A DNA stretch of 64,000 bases from a virus. The notes under the pieces are model-generated. The model did not search any database. It saw nothing but the letters and a program-made list of their open reading frames with translations, and was not told the DNA's origin. The stretch lies in the IMG/VR virus record IMGVR_UViG_3300046557_000205, positions 6,565 to 70,564 of that record. One strand, 5' to 3'. This document shows, in pieces, positions 30,161-39,548 of the stretch. Each line of letters starts with the position of its first letter. Positions within the stretch are counted from its first letter, which is position 1. The position numbers were made by a program, and so were the translations under genes.

Positions 30161-32086
30161 TCATGTCAAATCTACTACCTCACATCCGTCAGCTGAACAT
30201 GCGAGAGTTTGCATTCCAGATGTATTGTCTTCTGCCTCATACAACGACAATTGATTCCAGTCGATGGAATTGGGCATCTTCGCCAAAAGCTCTTCATATT
30301 TCTTTTGATTACACTCTTCATAAGGTGCCTGACGATAAGTATGGTCACTGTGAGGTAGAAAGCTAACTCCAGAAATATAATCAAAGTTATCATAGACCCA
30401 TGCTCCAACAGCTGGCCATTCACTTTCCCTAACTGAGATTGTTACTGATGGTTTATGTTCACACCAGTTAAGTTGATAGATCTTCCAGATTTCTAGTTGT
30501 TCAATAGCTGTCATCTCATTCCTAGTGATTGCTCCGTCAGGAGACTTCATAGGGAAATAGAATACAGTCGTTGCATCTGGTTTGGTGACGTCGGGCTCAT
30601 TTGGAATTCCTGAGTCTTTGAGGAATTGGGTGAGTGGGTCTTTGTTGTCACCCCTAACAGACCGTACATAATAAGGGCTATGCCGAGCATGTATCCCAGA
30701 ACTACTATCCACAAGTTGTGATACTGTACCTGAAGGCTTAACACAAGTGATACTAGCACTAGGATTGATCCCAATATTGTGAGCAAAAGCATTGTTTACC
30801 TCGACTGAGTGTTCCTTGAGTTGAGTGAGAACATCAGCAAGACGAGTAGCTCCAGTTCCACCGGAAGTGATAACGTTATCCATAATGCCAGTGATACTAA
30901 CACCCAGTAGTCTTTCATCTTCTGTATTCCTCTGCCAAATCTTACGAAGATAAGGGAAGTATGTTAGTGTTGATTGGAATGTACCAAGGATAGTTGCAAC
31001 TTCGACTTTGTCCTTGAGTGTCTCAAAGGTGTCATCTGCTCGGGCAATAACTTCCGATAGATTACAGAATTGATAGGGCCTAAGGATAATTTCAGAACAC
31101 GGGTTTGTTCCGAACTCATAGCCAGCATCACGACGTCCAACGGACTTAACTTGCTTAAGGGCTGCAACACGATTGAAGATACCTCTTTCACCAGACTTAG
31201 AGTTGTACAGAGAGAGCCACTCAGTCATGAATGCACCTACATCAGGTGTCTCTGTATAGGACACAGAGTTGTTTGCTAGTGCCCTCTGTGGTTCAGTCTC
31301 CCACCAATTACCAGATTTAGCTTTACGCATCCGGTCATCAGTGAGATTACTGAGGGAGATCATAGCTGATCGACGAACCCCTCCGACAACGACCACTTCG
31401 CCAATCTTACACATGATATCATGGCATTCGAGAGAATTGAGTCTTCTACCAGCAGCAGCTCTAAATTTCCCAATGACGAACCTGAAGAGGTCCTCCAGAG
31501 GGCCCGGACCAGATGCTCGTCCTCCAAATGTCTTAAGTCTAGCCCCGGCAGGTCGTACAAGTGAGACGTCCCATTTTGGAACTTCACCCGAATAGAGTAG
31601 TGCAATGACCTGTCTGAGTGCTTTTGCCCACCCTTCTTTACTGTCCTTAACAATAACGGTAGTATCAGACGCAAATAGTTTGTCCGGAATTTCGGGTAGT
31701 TTCGTAACATACTGTCTTTCGACTGAGAAGCCGACTCCTGTGCCACACAATAGGATGTACATAGCTTCATCGAATGACTTGATGTCATCTACAGGAAGAT
31801 ACGCACAGTTGTAACCAGAGGTATTGTCTCGTGCCAGTGCTGGACCACTAGTCATTACTGACCTCATGCTCGGCATTACTTTGAGTTGATATATATTGTC
31901 AAATAGTCTAGTATAGAGTTCATCATCGAGCTTATAGTTAAACTTGCTACTAAGATGCTCACGCATAAAATCGAGATACCTATGAACCGTCTCATCCCAA
32001 TTTTCCCTTCGCTTCTCTGTCTCTAGCCACCGACTGTATCTAGACTTATAGATAAATTCTTCATAGTAACTATTAAATGGTGTCAT
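30161..32086 (-). CDS. nrdJ: class II (B12-dependent) ribonucleotide reductase
   Basis: YNCAY, VVGGVRRSA, GTNPCSEI, CVKPSGTVS, C-terminal CxxxxC; no nrdB seen. Confidence 0.92.
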   Translation of the reverse strand: MTPFNSYYEEFIYKSRYSRWLETEKRRENWDETVHRYLDFMREHLSSKFNYKLDDELYTRLFDNIYQLKVMPSMRSVMTSGPALARDNTSGYNCAYLPVDDIKSFDEAMYILLCGTGVGFSVERQYVTKLPEIPDKLFASDTTVIVKDSKEGWAKALRQVIALLYSGEVPKWDVSLVRPAGARLKTFGGRASGPGPLEDLFRFVIGKFRAAAGRRLNSLECHDIMCKIGEVVVVGGVRRSAMISLSNLTDDRMRKAKSGNWWETEPQRALANNSVSYTETPDVGAFMTEWLSLYNSKSGERGIFNRVAALKQVKSVGRRDAGYEFGTNPCSEIILRPYQFCNLSEVIARADDTFETLKDKVEVATILGTFQSTLTYFPYLRKIWQRNTEDERLLGVSITGIMDNVITSGGTGATRLADVLTQLKEHSVEVNNAFAHNIGINPSASITCVKPSGTVSQLVDSSSGIHARHSPYYVRSVRGDNKDPLTQFLKDSGIPNEPDVTKPDATTVFYFPMKSPDGAITRNEMTAIEQLEIWKIYQLNWCEHKPSVTISVRESEWPAVGAWVYDNFDYISGVSFLPHSDHTYRQAPYEECNQKKYEELLAKMPNSIDWNQLSLYEAEDNTSGMQTLACSADGCEVVDLT

Positions 32087-32440
32087 TCATTCTCCTACAA
32101 CGATAGTTTCAATATCTCTTTGTCGTGCAATCTTTACCATATGCCATGTACCAATACTTCCCTCTAGGGGGAATGCAATGACTAAGTGAGGTTTACCCTC
32201 ATCTAACATTTGAAGATTTCTTAGAGTTCCGGCTTTCTTACCATACTTAGGCCAATTAGCAGGAAACTCTAAGTAACGTAAATAATTCATATGAGCATAT
32301 TCTTCAGCTAAGTAATCTGCGCCATCAGCACCTCCTGCAATAATGATTGGGTTATCATATGGTGCAAGGAGTTTATCTAGTGTCTCATTAAACTGAAACA
32401 TATCTTCATAGTCTCTTGAACCACTGATAAGTACTCTCAC
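32087..32440 (-). CDS. YspA/SLOG (DUF2493-like) protein
   Basis: ISGSRD, GGADGAD, AG..RN.QM, GTWHM. Confidence 0.85.
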   Translation of the reverse strand: MRVLISGSRDYEDMFQFNETLDKLLAPYDNPIIIAGGADGADYLAEEYAHMNYLRYLEFPANWPKYGKKAGTLRNLQMLDEGKPHLVIAFPLEGSIGTWHMVKIARQRDIETIVVGE

Positions 32441-32577
32441 TCATCTTCCTCTTCATTATCAATCGGGCTATAGTCGAATTCATCATCTGGGATGTCTTCT
32501 TCATTCATGATCTCAGCGAACTCCTTGAGACGTTCAAACAGATCTTCCATCTCTTCGTCCAACGTTTCTTTATCCAT
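32437..32577 (-). CDS. 46-aa highly acidic protein (not in ORF track)
   Basis: MDKETLDEEMEDLFER...NEEEDE; overlaps both neighbours, GTGA coupling downstream. Confidence 0.6.
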   Translation of the reverse strand: MDKETLDEEMEDLFERLKEFAEIMNEEDIPDDEFDYSPIDNEEEDE

Positions 32578-32860
32578 TGGCATTATCAAATTCTCCCCTT
32601 AGGAGTTCGTATTGTCTACGACGGTATTCCTTCTGAGTTGCTTGAGCTTTTGCCCACCCTTCAGCCTCTTGTTCAGTCTGTGGACGAGACCACATAACGT
32701 AAAGAGAAGTGTAATCTTCATTACTCTCTGAACTGATATTTGCTTCGTCAAAAGGTACTTCACAAACTTGCATCAGTTCATTAATAAGTTGAGCTACAGT
32801 TTGTTGTTCTATGATAATTTCTTTAGATACAGTACGCCATTCAGGAAACATTTTAAGCAA
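32570..32860 (-). CDS. hypothetical protein
   Basis: Fills gap in operon. Confidence 0.6.
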   Translation of the reverse strand: MLKMFPEWRTVSKEIIIEQQTVAQLINELMQVCEVPFDEANISSESNEDYTSLYVMWSRPQTEQEAEGWAKAQATQKEYRRRQYELLRGEFDNANG

Positions 32861-33131
32861 GGTTGTGCCTCTTTGTTAGCTTTTTCTGGTTCGCCAGAGC
32901 GATACCGTTAAGTTTAAGTCCATAGGATGTGGCAACCTTATTTAAGTACCAGAGGACATCCCCTAGCTCCTTCTCAAGGTCTTCCAAATTCATAGGCTTG
33001 TGTCGATCACCTGTACGTCGATCCTTCTTGATCAATTCAAGTACTTCACCCACTTCTCCAGGGAGTCCTAGAGCAGGGTCATCGAATAGTGGGCACTCTT
33101 CAGTCCAATTCTGATATTCTTCAAATGTCAT
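32853..33131 (-). CDS. MazG-like nucleotide pyrophosphohydrolase
   Basis: GEVGEVLE...ELGDVLWY. Confidence 0.88.
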   Translation of the reverse strand: MTFEEYQNWTEECPLFDDPALGLPGEVGEVLELIKKDRRTGDRHKPMNLEDLEKELGDVLWYLNKVATSYGLKLNGIALANQKKLTKRHNLA

Positions 33132-33152
33132 GTTAAATCCTTTATTGCCTGA

Positions 33153-33434
33153 TTAAATTCTGATGAGCCTCTCACGTAGCTTCTCGTTCTTGGCGCCTGC
33201 GGTGCTACCTCTGAGATAAGATTGGAGTGCATCGTGTCCCCCAATGAGGGTATCATCGAGGTAGACCTGCGGGACTGTCTTATGGCCCGCTTCAATGAAT
33301 TCCTTTTTGTACTCGGCATTAGTGTGAATATCCTTTTCGAAGAAATCATAACCGTATATGTTCAATAGTTCCTTAGCCTTAATGCACCAAGGGCATTCAA
33401 ACTGACTCGTCGTGTAGATCACCATCCACTTCAT
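33153..33434 (-). CDS. glutaredoxin
   Basis: CPWC, TVPQV, IGG. Confidence 0.92.
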   Translation of the reverse strand: MKWMVIYTTSQFECPWCIKAKELLNIYGYDFFEKDIHTNAEYKKEFIEAGHKTVPQVYLDDTLIGGHDALQSYLRGSTAGAKNEKLRERLIRI

Positions 33435-33600
33435 CCTTATAGTCTCCTAGCAACATGCCTGACAATGCACCTAGTAGTACACCCAAAGCATAACTGTTGT
33501 ACTCTTCTTCCTTGCAAGATGCTCCGTACATACGTTCATCATTACCTGCAAGTACTGTCACCTTACCGTCTGCAATCTCTTGTTTAACTGTTGTTGTCAT
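33397..33600 (-). CDS. hypothetical protein
   Basis: Fills gap in operon. Confidence 0.5.
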   Translation of the reverse strand: MTTTVKQEIADGKVTVLAGNDERMYGASCKEEEYNSYALGVLLGALSGMLLGDYKDEVDGDLHDESV

Positions 33601-34279
33601 CTACTAACGCACTCCATGATACGGGGAACAAAGGACGAATGATTTCATCCCACTTAACTGCGACATCTCTAATTTCTTTCTGAGCATGTGGATCAATCCT
33701 TAGTTTATAAGCCCTAGCCCATGCGCTAAGAGACCCAGTAACGTAATACTCAGTGTACATAGACTGAGGTAACACCATTCTCGCTTGCTCAGGGGCAATT
33801 CCATCCTCAATCATTTTGTTGTAAAGTGTTTCTGCATACTCTAGGAAGAACTTATAATCTTCATTAACCTGAATCAAAATATTACATTGAGCATCCTCAT
33901 CATAACCATAATCGAGACACTTAATTTCTACATCAGAGGAACCTTGCTTAGCCCCTACAGGTGCACCTCGCCAAGCTGATGGAATATAGAACTCTGGTTT
34001 GTCGTCCACATATCTACGGCTAACTTCATTGTAAGAAAAACCCACTGTATGCTTAAAGCGCTGACGAGCCACGAAGATAGGTACTTTTTCTCTGACCACA
34101 ATCTGAGGGTGAGTGAAAGGAGTGAAATGACCGTGGCGAGCAAGATAATGAATGAGCTTATCATTCTGTTCCTTTGTATAGTTTGCTGCTTCTTTAGAAA
34201 AACTGACACGAGCTGCATCTACAACCAATGCATCAGTCCCCATCTTATCAATGAGGGATACTTCCATGTGATAATCCAT
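33584..34279 (-). CDS. thyX: flavin-dependent thymidylate synthase
   Basis: AARVSF, HFTPF, FVARQ..KH...NEVSRRY, EQARMVLPQ. Confidence 0.95.
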   Translation of the reverse strand: MDYHMEVSLIDKMGTDALVVDAARVSFSKEAANYTKEQNDKLIHYLARHGHFTPFTHPQIVVREKVPIFVARQRFKHTVGFSYNEVSRRYVDDKPEFYIPSAWRGAPVGAKQGSSDVEIKCLDYGYDEDAQCNILIQVNEDYKFFLEYAETLYNKMIEDGIAPEQARMVLPQSMYTEYYVTGSLSAWARAYKLRIDPHAQKEIRDVAVKWDEIIRPLFPVSWSALVDDNNS

Positions 34280-34310
34280 TCGAAAAATGTATTGCTAATA
34301 CGACTAAGAC

Positions 34311-34340
34311 AAAAAGAAAGGCCCCAACGAGGAGGCCCTT
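34311..34340 (-). terminator. intrinsic terminator after protease gene
   Basis: AAGGGCCTC/GGGGCCTTT stem then CTTTTT on minus strand. Confidence 0.7.
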
Positions 34341-34369
34341 CCATAGGTATTCATTTTCACCCTTAAACA

Positions 34370-35230
34370 TTAGTCGTGCTTCTTGCTATCTTCCTTTACA
34401 GCTGCAACCTTTTCATCATCTGTAAGTTTGTCAGCCTTCAGGGCACGATTTACAACATCATTCATTGATTTCTGTGTATTGTAAAAACCGAGATTTGCGA
34501 AACGGCCTGATACCATGTCTGCAATCCCAACCAGGAGATAATCGTCTCCGTCTTTGAGAAACATACCACCGCCAGAGTTACCTCCTGTGATTGCGGGGGA
34601 AGCTGTATACTTAGGTACGCCATTGGATACTGCAGTGTCAGGACGACCACCCTGATCAGTTACTTCCATACTAATGAAACCACCGAAACGACCATCAGTA
34701 ATAGTACGATTTGGAAGACCAGCAGAATAGCCAACAGTCCAAACGTTTTCTGCCAGTGCAGGATCTCGCTTAGCTAGGATAGCCTTAGGGAAAGTCAGAC
34801 CTTCTTTACGAAGCTTGAGAACTGCCAGATCGTTCTTTACATCCCGAAGAAGTACATCATAAACATACTGCTGTGTGTCAATAATCTGATCATTATCCTT
34901 TTCATCGATAGTCAGACGACCTGACTTATCCTTCGCGTTAAATTCATCTTCCGGCTTCGCGTCTTCAACCGTACAATGATTAGCTGTCAAAATATAAGTC
35001 TTGTCCTTAAATTCAGGATACTCCTTACTAACATCAATACCTACACCAGAACAATTACGTTCGAGTTGATATACAGGAGATACTGCTTGTTTAGTAAAGT
35101 TGTCTTCTGCATGTGCTGGTTTGATAAGATAACTCATTCCTATCATAGCTACTCCAAATAGAATAACCCCAATACCTAGTCTGTTATAAAACCGTTCGCT
35201 GTTCATATATCTGTTCCTTGTTCTAGCCAT
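34370..35230 (-). CDS. trypsin-like serine protease with N-terminal TM/signal peptide
   Basis: CSG, LTANHC, DLAVL, GGNSGG catalytic triad motifs; hydrophobic segment ending PAHA. Confidence 0.88.
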   Translation of the reverse strand: MARTRNRYMNSERFYNRLGIGVILFGVAMIGMSYLIKPAHAEDNFTKQAVSPVYQLERNCSGVGIDVSKEYPEFKDKTYILTANHCTVEDAKPEDEFNAKDKSGRLTIDEKDNDQIIDTQQYVYDVLLRDVKNDLAVLKLRKEGLTFPKAILAKRDPALAENVWTVGYSAGLPNRTITDGRFGGFISMEVTDQGGRPDTAVSNGVPKYTASPAITGGNSGGGMFLKDGDDYLLVGIADMVSGRFANLGFYNTQKSMNDVVNRALKADKLTDDEKVAAVKEDSKKHD

Positions 35231-35862
35231 GTTGTTGGGTCCATATATCACCATCTACAATGACGTAGCCATTACCATTGTCATAATTGACATCGAGTAC
35301 ACTGATAGTCTGAAACTGATGTATGATACCAGCCTCTACTGCACGTTCCTCCATCCAGTTGATAAATTCCTCCACAGGATATTTCACCGTAAAGCCCGCA
35401 CTTGTTAGCATTCTTTGATACTTTCAATTACTTCATCGTCGAGTTGTCCTTGGTTGTAGAGTATCCACATTACCTCGAAAGGAGACAAATCAAACTGCTC
35501 CAGCAACTCTTCGAGAGACTGCTCTTCCAAAGACAAAGCGATAAAGTCCTCAAACTCAATCTTCTTCATCTAATACCTCATTAATCTTAAGCTTCTTACG
35601 CTTATATTCTTCTTTTCTTGCATCATGTACCTTCATGGCATAAGCCCCTTTGAACTCGCCAGGATCAAAGAGGGTCTTAGCCATTGGGTTACGACGTTTG
35701 GATTTCTTAGACCCAAAATCGTTGTCACTCATTTTTCTACCTTAGTCTTTCCTGTTCCCATACATTGTTGACAAATAACATCACCAACAGGTTTAGGGAT
35801 TGCTCTCCAACTGTAGAGAATCAGTCGTCCTTTGCCACTACAAGCCTCACAGATACGTGTCA

Positions 35863-36639
35863 TTAACTTCCATACTCTTTCTTAAGTGCATCAAGGGAAA
35901 CCCACTGTGGGTCATACGTGCCATTGTCTACGTTACGCTTGATGACGACTCCCCTCCACCAGAGCTTGTTGATTTCACCTGCCCATGAAGCATCGTAATC
36001 TGATGCAACACCTGCAACGAGTCCTTGAATGCGTCTACCACCAACCGTCGTTCGGATAGCATAGTCTGTTGTATGGATGTGACCGCATGTACAGCTTTCA
36101 AACTCTTTAGTAAGTAGCGAGTAAGCTGGATGTTCGCCAGAGATGCTACGACCCATAACACCTGAGATAAAATAATGAGCGTAGTTGATACCGTCAATTT
36201 GTGTTACTCCCGGTGTGCCTCCAGTATATTCGACAACTTCATCGTAGTTTCGGTCCAAGTCAAACTGTTTAAATCCGATAGTGCCTTCAAGCTCTGGCTG
36301 TAGTTCAATTGCCCTCTTGAGACGGAATTCATGATTCCCTTCCGTAAACACCGCATAAGGACGCTTCTTCTTTGCTCGTCTGATAGGTGCCCATAGTCGA
36401 TCATCGAATTCAAGTCCAGCATCGATATCCTTCTTGTAGGTACGACCCCAAAAGGACTTCCTACCCTTATCATATCCTGCCATGCTACTCATATCCCACA
36501 TGTCACCGAGATTGATAACAACATCTGGCTTGAGGTCTACAATTAGCTGACCAATATGATCTGCTCTGTCATTGTTATGTCCCGGTGCTGCATGAGGATC
36601 GGGGATGATTAGATGAATTTTACCTGTCAAATAAACCAA
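35863..36639 (-). CDS. calcineurin-like metallophosphoesterase
   Basis: DPH, GD, GNHE, GHIH motifs. Confidence 0.9.
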   Translation of the reverse strand: MVYLTGKIHLIIPDPHAAPGHNNDRADHIGQLIVDLKPDVVINLGDMWDMSSMAGYDKGRKSFWGRTYKKDIDAGLEFDDRLWAPIRRAKKKRPYAVFTEGNHEFRLKRAIELQPELEGTIGFKQFDLDRNYDEVVEYTGGTPGVTQIDGINYAHYFISGVMGRSISGEHPAYSLLTKEFESCTCGHIHTTDYAIRTTVGGRRIQGLVAGVASDYDASWAGEINKLWWRGVVIKRNVDNGTYDPQWVSLDALKKEYGS

Positions 36640-37070
36640 CTTTCTGGGATGTTTTCTTTCCCGATACAGAACTCAAATCCATACTTAGTAGCCCAATCAG
36701 ACTGTTTCATAAAGGTACCATTCTTTCGTTTGGAACCAATCTTCCCATCTGTGTGGAATACAATATAGAACTTGTGTTCTGGATATTTAGTTTTAACTGC
36801 AATCATTTTCTGTCTTACAGGTACGTCAAATGCACGACCATTACCTTTGTATTCAATGAAGCAATGAGTACCATCCGACTTAGTATATGATACTGTGTAG
36901 TCTGGACGATACGTATGTGTCGTGGTGTACTCCAAGGTGTCTGTCTCATATGTCACCATAAGATCACTAGGCAACATGCTTTCGATCTTCTTATAGCAAT
37001 CATACTCTGATGGGTTCTTGACAGTACGTTTCCCAATCTTGGGGAGTTCAGCTTTCTTTTTTCTTACTAT
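36627..37070 (-). CDS. T7 endonuclease I-like resolvase (proposed AUA start)
   Basis: YE...YRPDY...IEYKG; frame extends to ATA at 37070 with AAGGAG 7 nt upstream. Confidence 0.8.
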   Translation of the reverse strand: MVRKKKAELPKIGKRTVKNPSEYDCYKKIESMLPSDLMVTYETDTLEYTTTHTYRPDYTVSYTKSDGTHCFIEYKGNGRAFDVPVRQKMIAVKTKYPEHKFYIVFHTDGKIGSKRKNGTFMKQSDWATKYGFEFCIGKENIPESWFI

Positions 37071-37202
37071 TAAATATCTCCTTTATATCTTCATCTGATT
37101 GAAGATCAAGTAGGGCTTCTGTGATACTTACGTTAGATAAATCTCTTTTTGAGAGAATTCTACAGATGAATATCAAAGAATCTATAAGACCTACAGTAAT
37201 TC

Positions 37203-37946
37203 CTACTTCACTTCTACAATCGGTGTCCATAAGATGGGTTCCTTCGTTTCTTGGTTATAGTCTGATGCTCTGAGTATCCTGGCACATCTTGCTTGGACTA
37301 ATGCATCCTCTTCTTCGAGATCCGCTTTGATATAAGCTTTGACAACATTTTTCCAAGTAACTCCTTTATCGAGGATTTTCTTTGCTGCTACTGGTCCTAC
37401 TCCATATAGTCCGGAGTATCCATCGATAGTGTCACCTACGAGGGTCTGGTAGAAATGCCAGTAGTTAGCTTCATCTTCTGTGATATCTAGCACAATATCT
37501 GTGTTCGGATTGTAGTACTTTCCGGGGATAGTCTTCATATCCTTGTCAATACTAACAATGATCCGTTCGTCTTCGTGTGGTTCAGTGGAGAGGATACCCA
37601 TAATATCATCCCCTTCAAGACTGGGGTAGATCAACGCATTGTGTTCCTTAATGAGAAACTCGCGAGTGGGCTTTAGAACGAGGGGTTTTTTAATATTACC
37701 TCGTCTACTTTTATAGGTGCTTAAAACTTCTTTTCTAAAATTACTTTCATAATCAGTTAAACAAAGAATAAACTTATCAGCTTCTAGCCTCTTGAGGTAG
37801 GCAGAAATCTGCCAGTCAATACTCTCGATGACTTTGTTGAAATCACAAAACCATGTCCAATATCCCGGTTCGACCTCTGTTGCTACCTCATGAAACTGAG
37901 ACACTTGGTATGCAAGCACATCAGCGTCGAGTAAAAGTGTTCTCAA
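37203..37946 (-). CDS. 5'-3' exonuclease (T7 gp6-like)
   Basis: LLDAD, NFRK, EGDD, DKD, GDTIDGYSG..GVG. Confidence 0.92.
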   Translation of the reverse strand: MRTLLLDADVLAYQVSQFHEVATEVEPGYWTWFCDFNKVIESIDWQISAYLKRLEADKFILCLTDYESNFRKEVLSTYKSRRGNIKKPLVLKPTREFLIKEHNALIYPSLEGDDIMGILSTEPHEDERIIVSIDKDMKTIPGKYYNPNTDIVLDITEDEANYWHFYQTLVGDTIDGYSGLYGVGPVAAKKILDKGVTWKNVVKAYIKADLEEEDALVQARCARILRASDYNQETKEPILWTPIVEVK

Positions 37947-38161
37947 ATAGTAACCCGATCTACAGTGGAGAAGAGACCCTTATGCTTGAGGGCTTCGTGA
38001 AAACCCCAGGCAAACGATTCAGGCTCTGCTACATCTGTTTGAACATCGAACTCCTCCCAGAACTCTCCATCGAGAAGTCCTGAGACATATACTACATTAT
38101 TCTCTATATCATACTCAATGAAATACTCTGAGTACTTATTCTCACCACGGCAAATCGTCAT
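37943..38161 (-). CDS. hypothetical acidic protein
   Basis: Coupled ORF. Confidence 0.55.
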   Translation of the reverse strand: MTICRGENKYSEYFIEYDIENNVVYVSGLLDGEFWEEFDVQTDVAEPESFAWGFHEALKHKGLFSTVDRVTI

Positions 38162-38717
38162 TAAGTTCTTCCTTAAGGCTCTTTGTTTCGGTTTTAATTT
38201 CTTCTTTTACAGGAGTATCATCCTTATCTTGAATACGGCCATCACCATCCTGAACAACTTCAACATGTTCAAGAATGTTCAGACCTTCGAGACGATGACC
38301 TGCCCCTTTGGCTGTATTGTAGTAAGAGAAATTGACAAGGACTAGAGAACCATTACCGATTAGTTCAGGTTCACCTTCACGAACGATCTTAACCTTGTCA
38401 CCCTTGTTGTACTGACGGACCTTATTACCTTCAGCATCAACATAACGAACACTGACCTTACCAGTGATTTCTGGAGGACTAAAGACAACCAGATTATCAC
38501 CAATCAACTTCTGAGTAGGACGACGGAAGACGATGTACTTACCGTCAATATCCTCCTTCTTCACAAGCTGGAGTTGAGCAGTTTCGTACTTACCCCACTC
38601 CTTTTCATCTGCTGGATAGAAGTTAACCTTCCAGTTAGAAGCCCCTGCATATACATCGGGGTCGTAGACCTTAGCCCACTTTACATTTCCTTTTAGTGTC
38701 AAATATTTTGTAGCTAT
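38142..38717 (-). CDS. single-stranded DNA-binding protein (proposed AUA start)
   Basis: WAKV..PD, IGNGS, RLEG, acidic tail NDDLPW; ATA-GCT-ACA-AAA with AAGGA 8 nt upstream. Confidence 0.8.
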   Translation of the reverse strand: MATKYLTLKGNVKWAKVYDPDVYAGASNWKVNFYPADEKEWGKYETAQLQLVKKEDIDGKYIVFRRPTQKLIGDNLVVFSPPEITGKVSVRYVDAEGNKVRQYNKGDKVKIVREGEPELIGNGSLVLVNFSYYNTAKGAGHRLEGLNILEHVEVVQDGDGRIQDKDDTPVKEEIKTETKSLKEELNDDLPW

Positions 38718-38734
38718 AGCTTTGTTCCTTTTAA

Positions 38735-39547
38735 TTAAAAGTTATTGTCTAGTTCTGGTAGTACTTCTACAACCGCAGCATCAACAGCATCGACCCAATT
38801 GAGTGGTTGTGTCTGAGCGAGACCAAGATTGAATGGTTGTGGAGGAAGTTCATTAGGGAATGGGGCAGGAGCAGCTTGTGCAACTTCTGCAAACGGATTG
38901 TTAGCCCACATACCACTGTATTTCTTCTTTAGTGACTTAATCTTCACATAGTCATCTTCTTTTTGTTCAGCTGTAAGTCTTAGGCATGGAGCACGAAATG
39001 ACCATTCACCTTTATTAGCAGCTTTCGACTTCTCATTGAATTTATTGAAGCGTTCAATTGCATTGGGTAGGTTTTGAACACTCTTCAAATTAATCAAAGA
39101 GAAATATCCATGATCAGAGTCATACTTGAAGTTCTCATTGTCTTCTGAAACATATGAACCAGTGTCGTATACCATGTTCAATCCATAGTCGAACTGGTTA
39201 ACTGCCTGAGAAGGAAAGTCTTCATCATCAGGTTCAAACACCCCAATGATATCAAATTTCAAATCCTCATGCACAAACTCAGTCACTCCACGGACATGAT
39301 TCTGTGTCATCTCTTCGTATTCTTTACCCTTACTCCTAATAGTATCTATCTTGATACCGAACTCATTTGCAATTTCTGTAATGAGCTTTGGTACCTCCAC
39401 CTTAGAAGTTACAGGTACAAGTATGTCGTAGTCCTTTGGGACAAGACCAAGTATCTCATCCCTCACTGCTCCACCCGCTAGGATGGAGTTCTTATGCTTT
39501 TCTTTTGTTTGAATATAATGCAAAATTGATCTTACGATAATGTTCAT
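38735..39547 (-). CDS. nucleotidyltransferase (CCA-adding/poly(A) polymerase head-like)
   Basis: AGGAVRD...PKDYDI and FD motifs. Confidence 0.78.
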   Translation of the reverse strand: MNIIVRSILHYIQTKEKHKNSILAGGAVRDEILGLVPKDYDILVPVTSKVEVPKLITEIANEFGIKIDTIRSKGKEYEEMTQNHVRGVTEFVHEDLKFDIIGVFEPDDEDFPSQAVNQFDYGLNMVYDTGSYVSEDNENFKYDSDHGYFSLINLKSVQNLPNAIERFNKFNEKSKAANKGEWSFRAPCLRLTAEQKEDDYVKIKSLKKKYSGMWANNPFAEVAQAAPAPFPNELPPQPFNLGLAQTQPLNWVDAVDAAVVEVLPELDNNF

Positions 39548-39548
39548 T

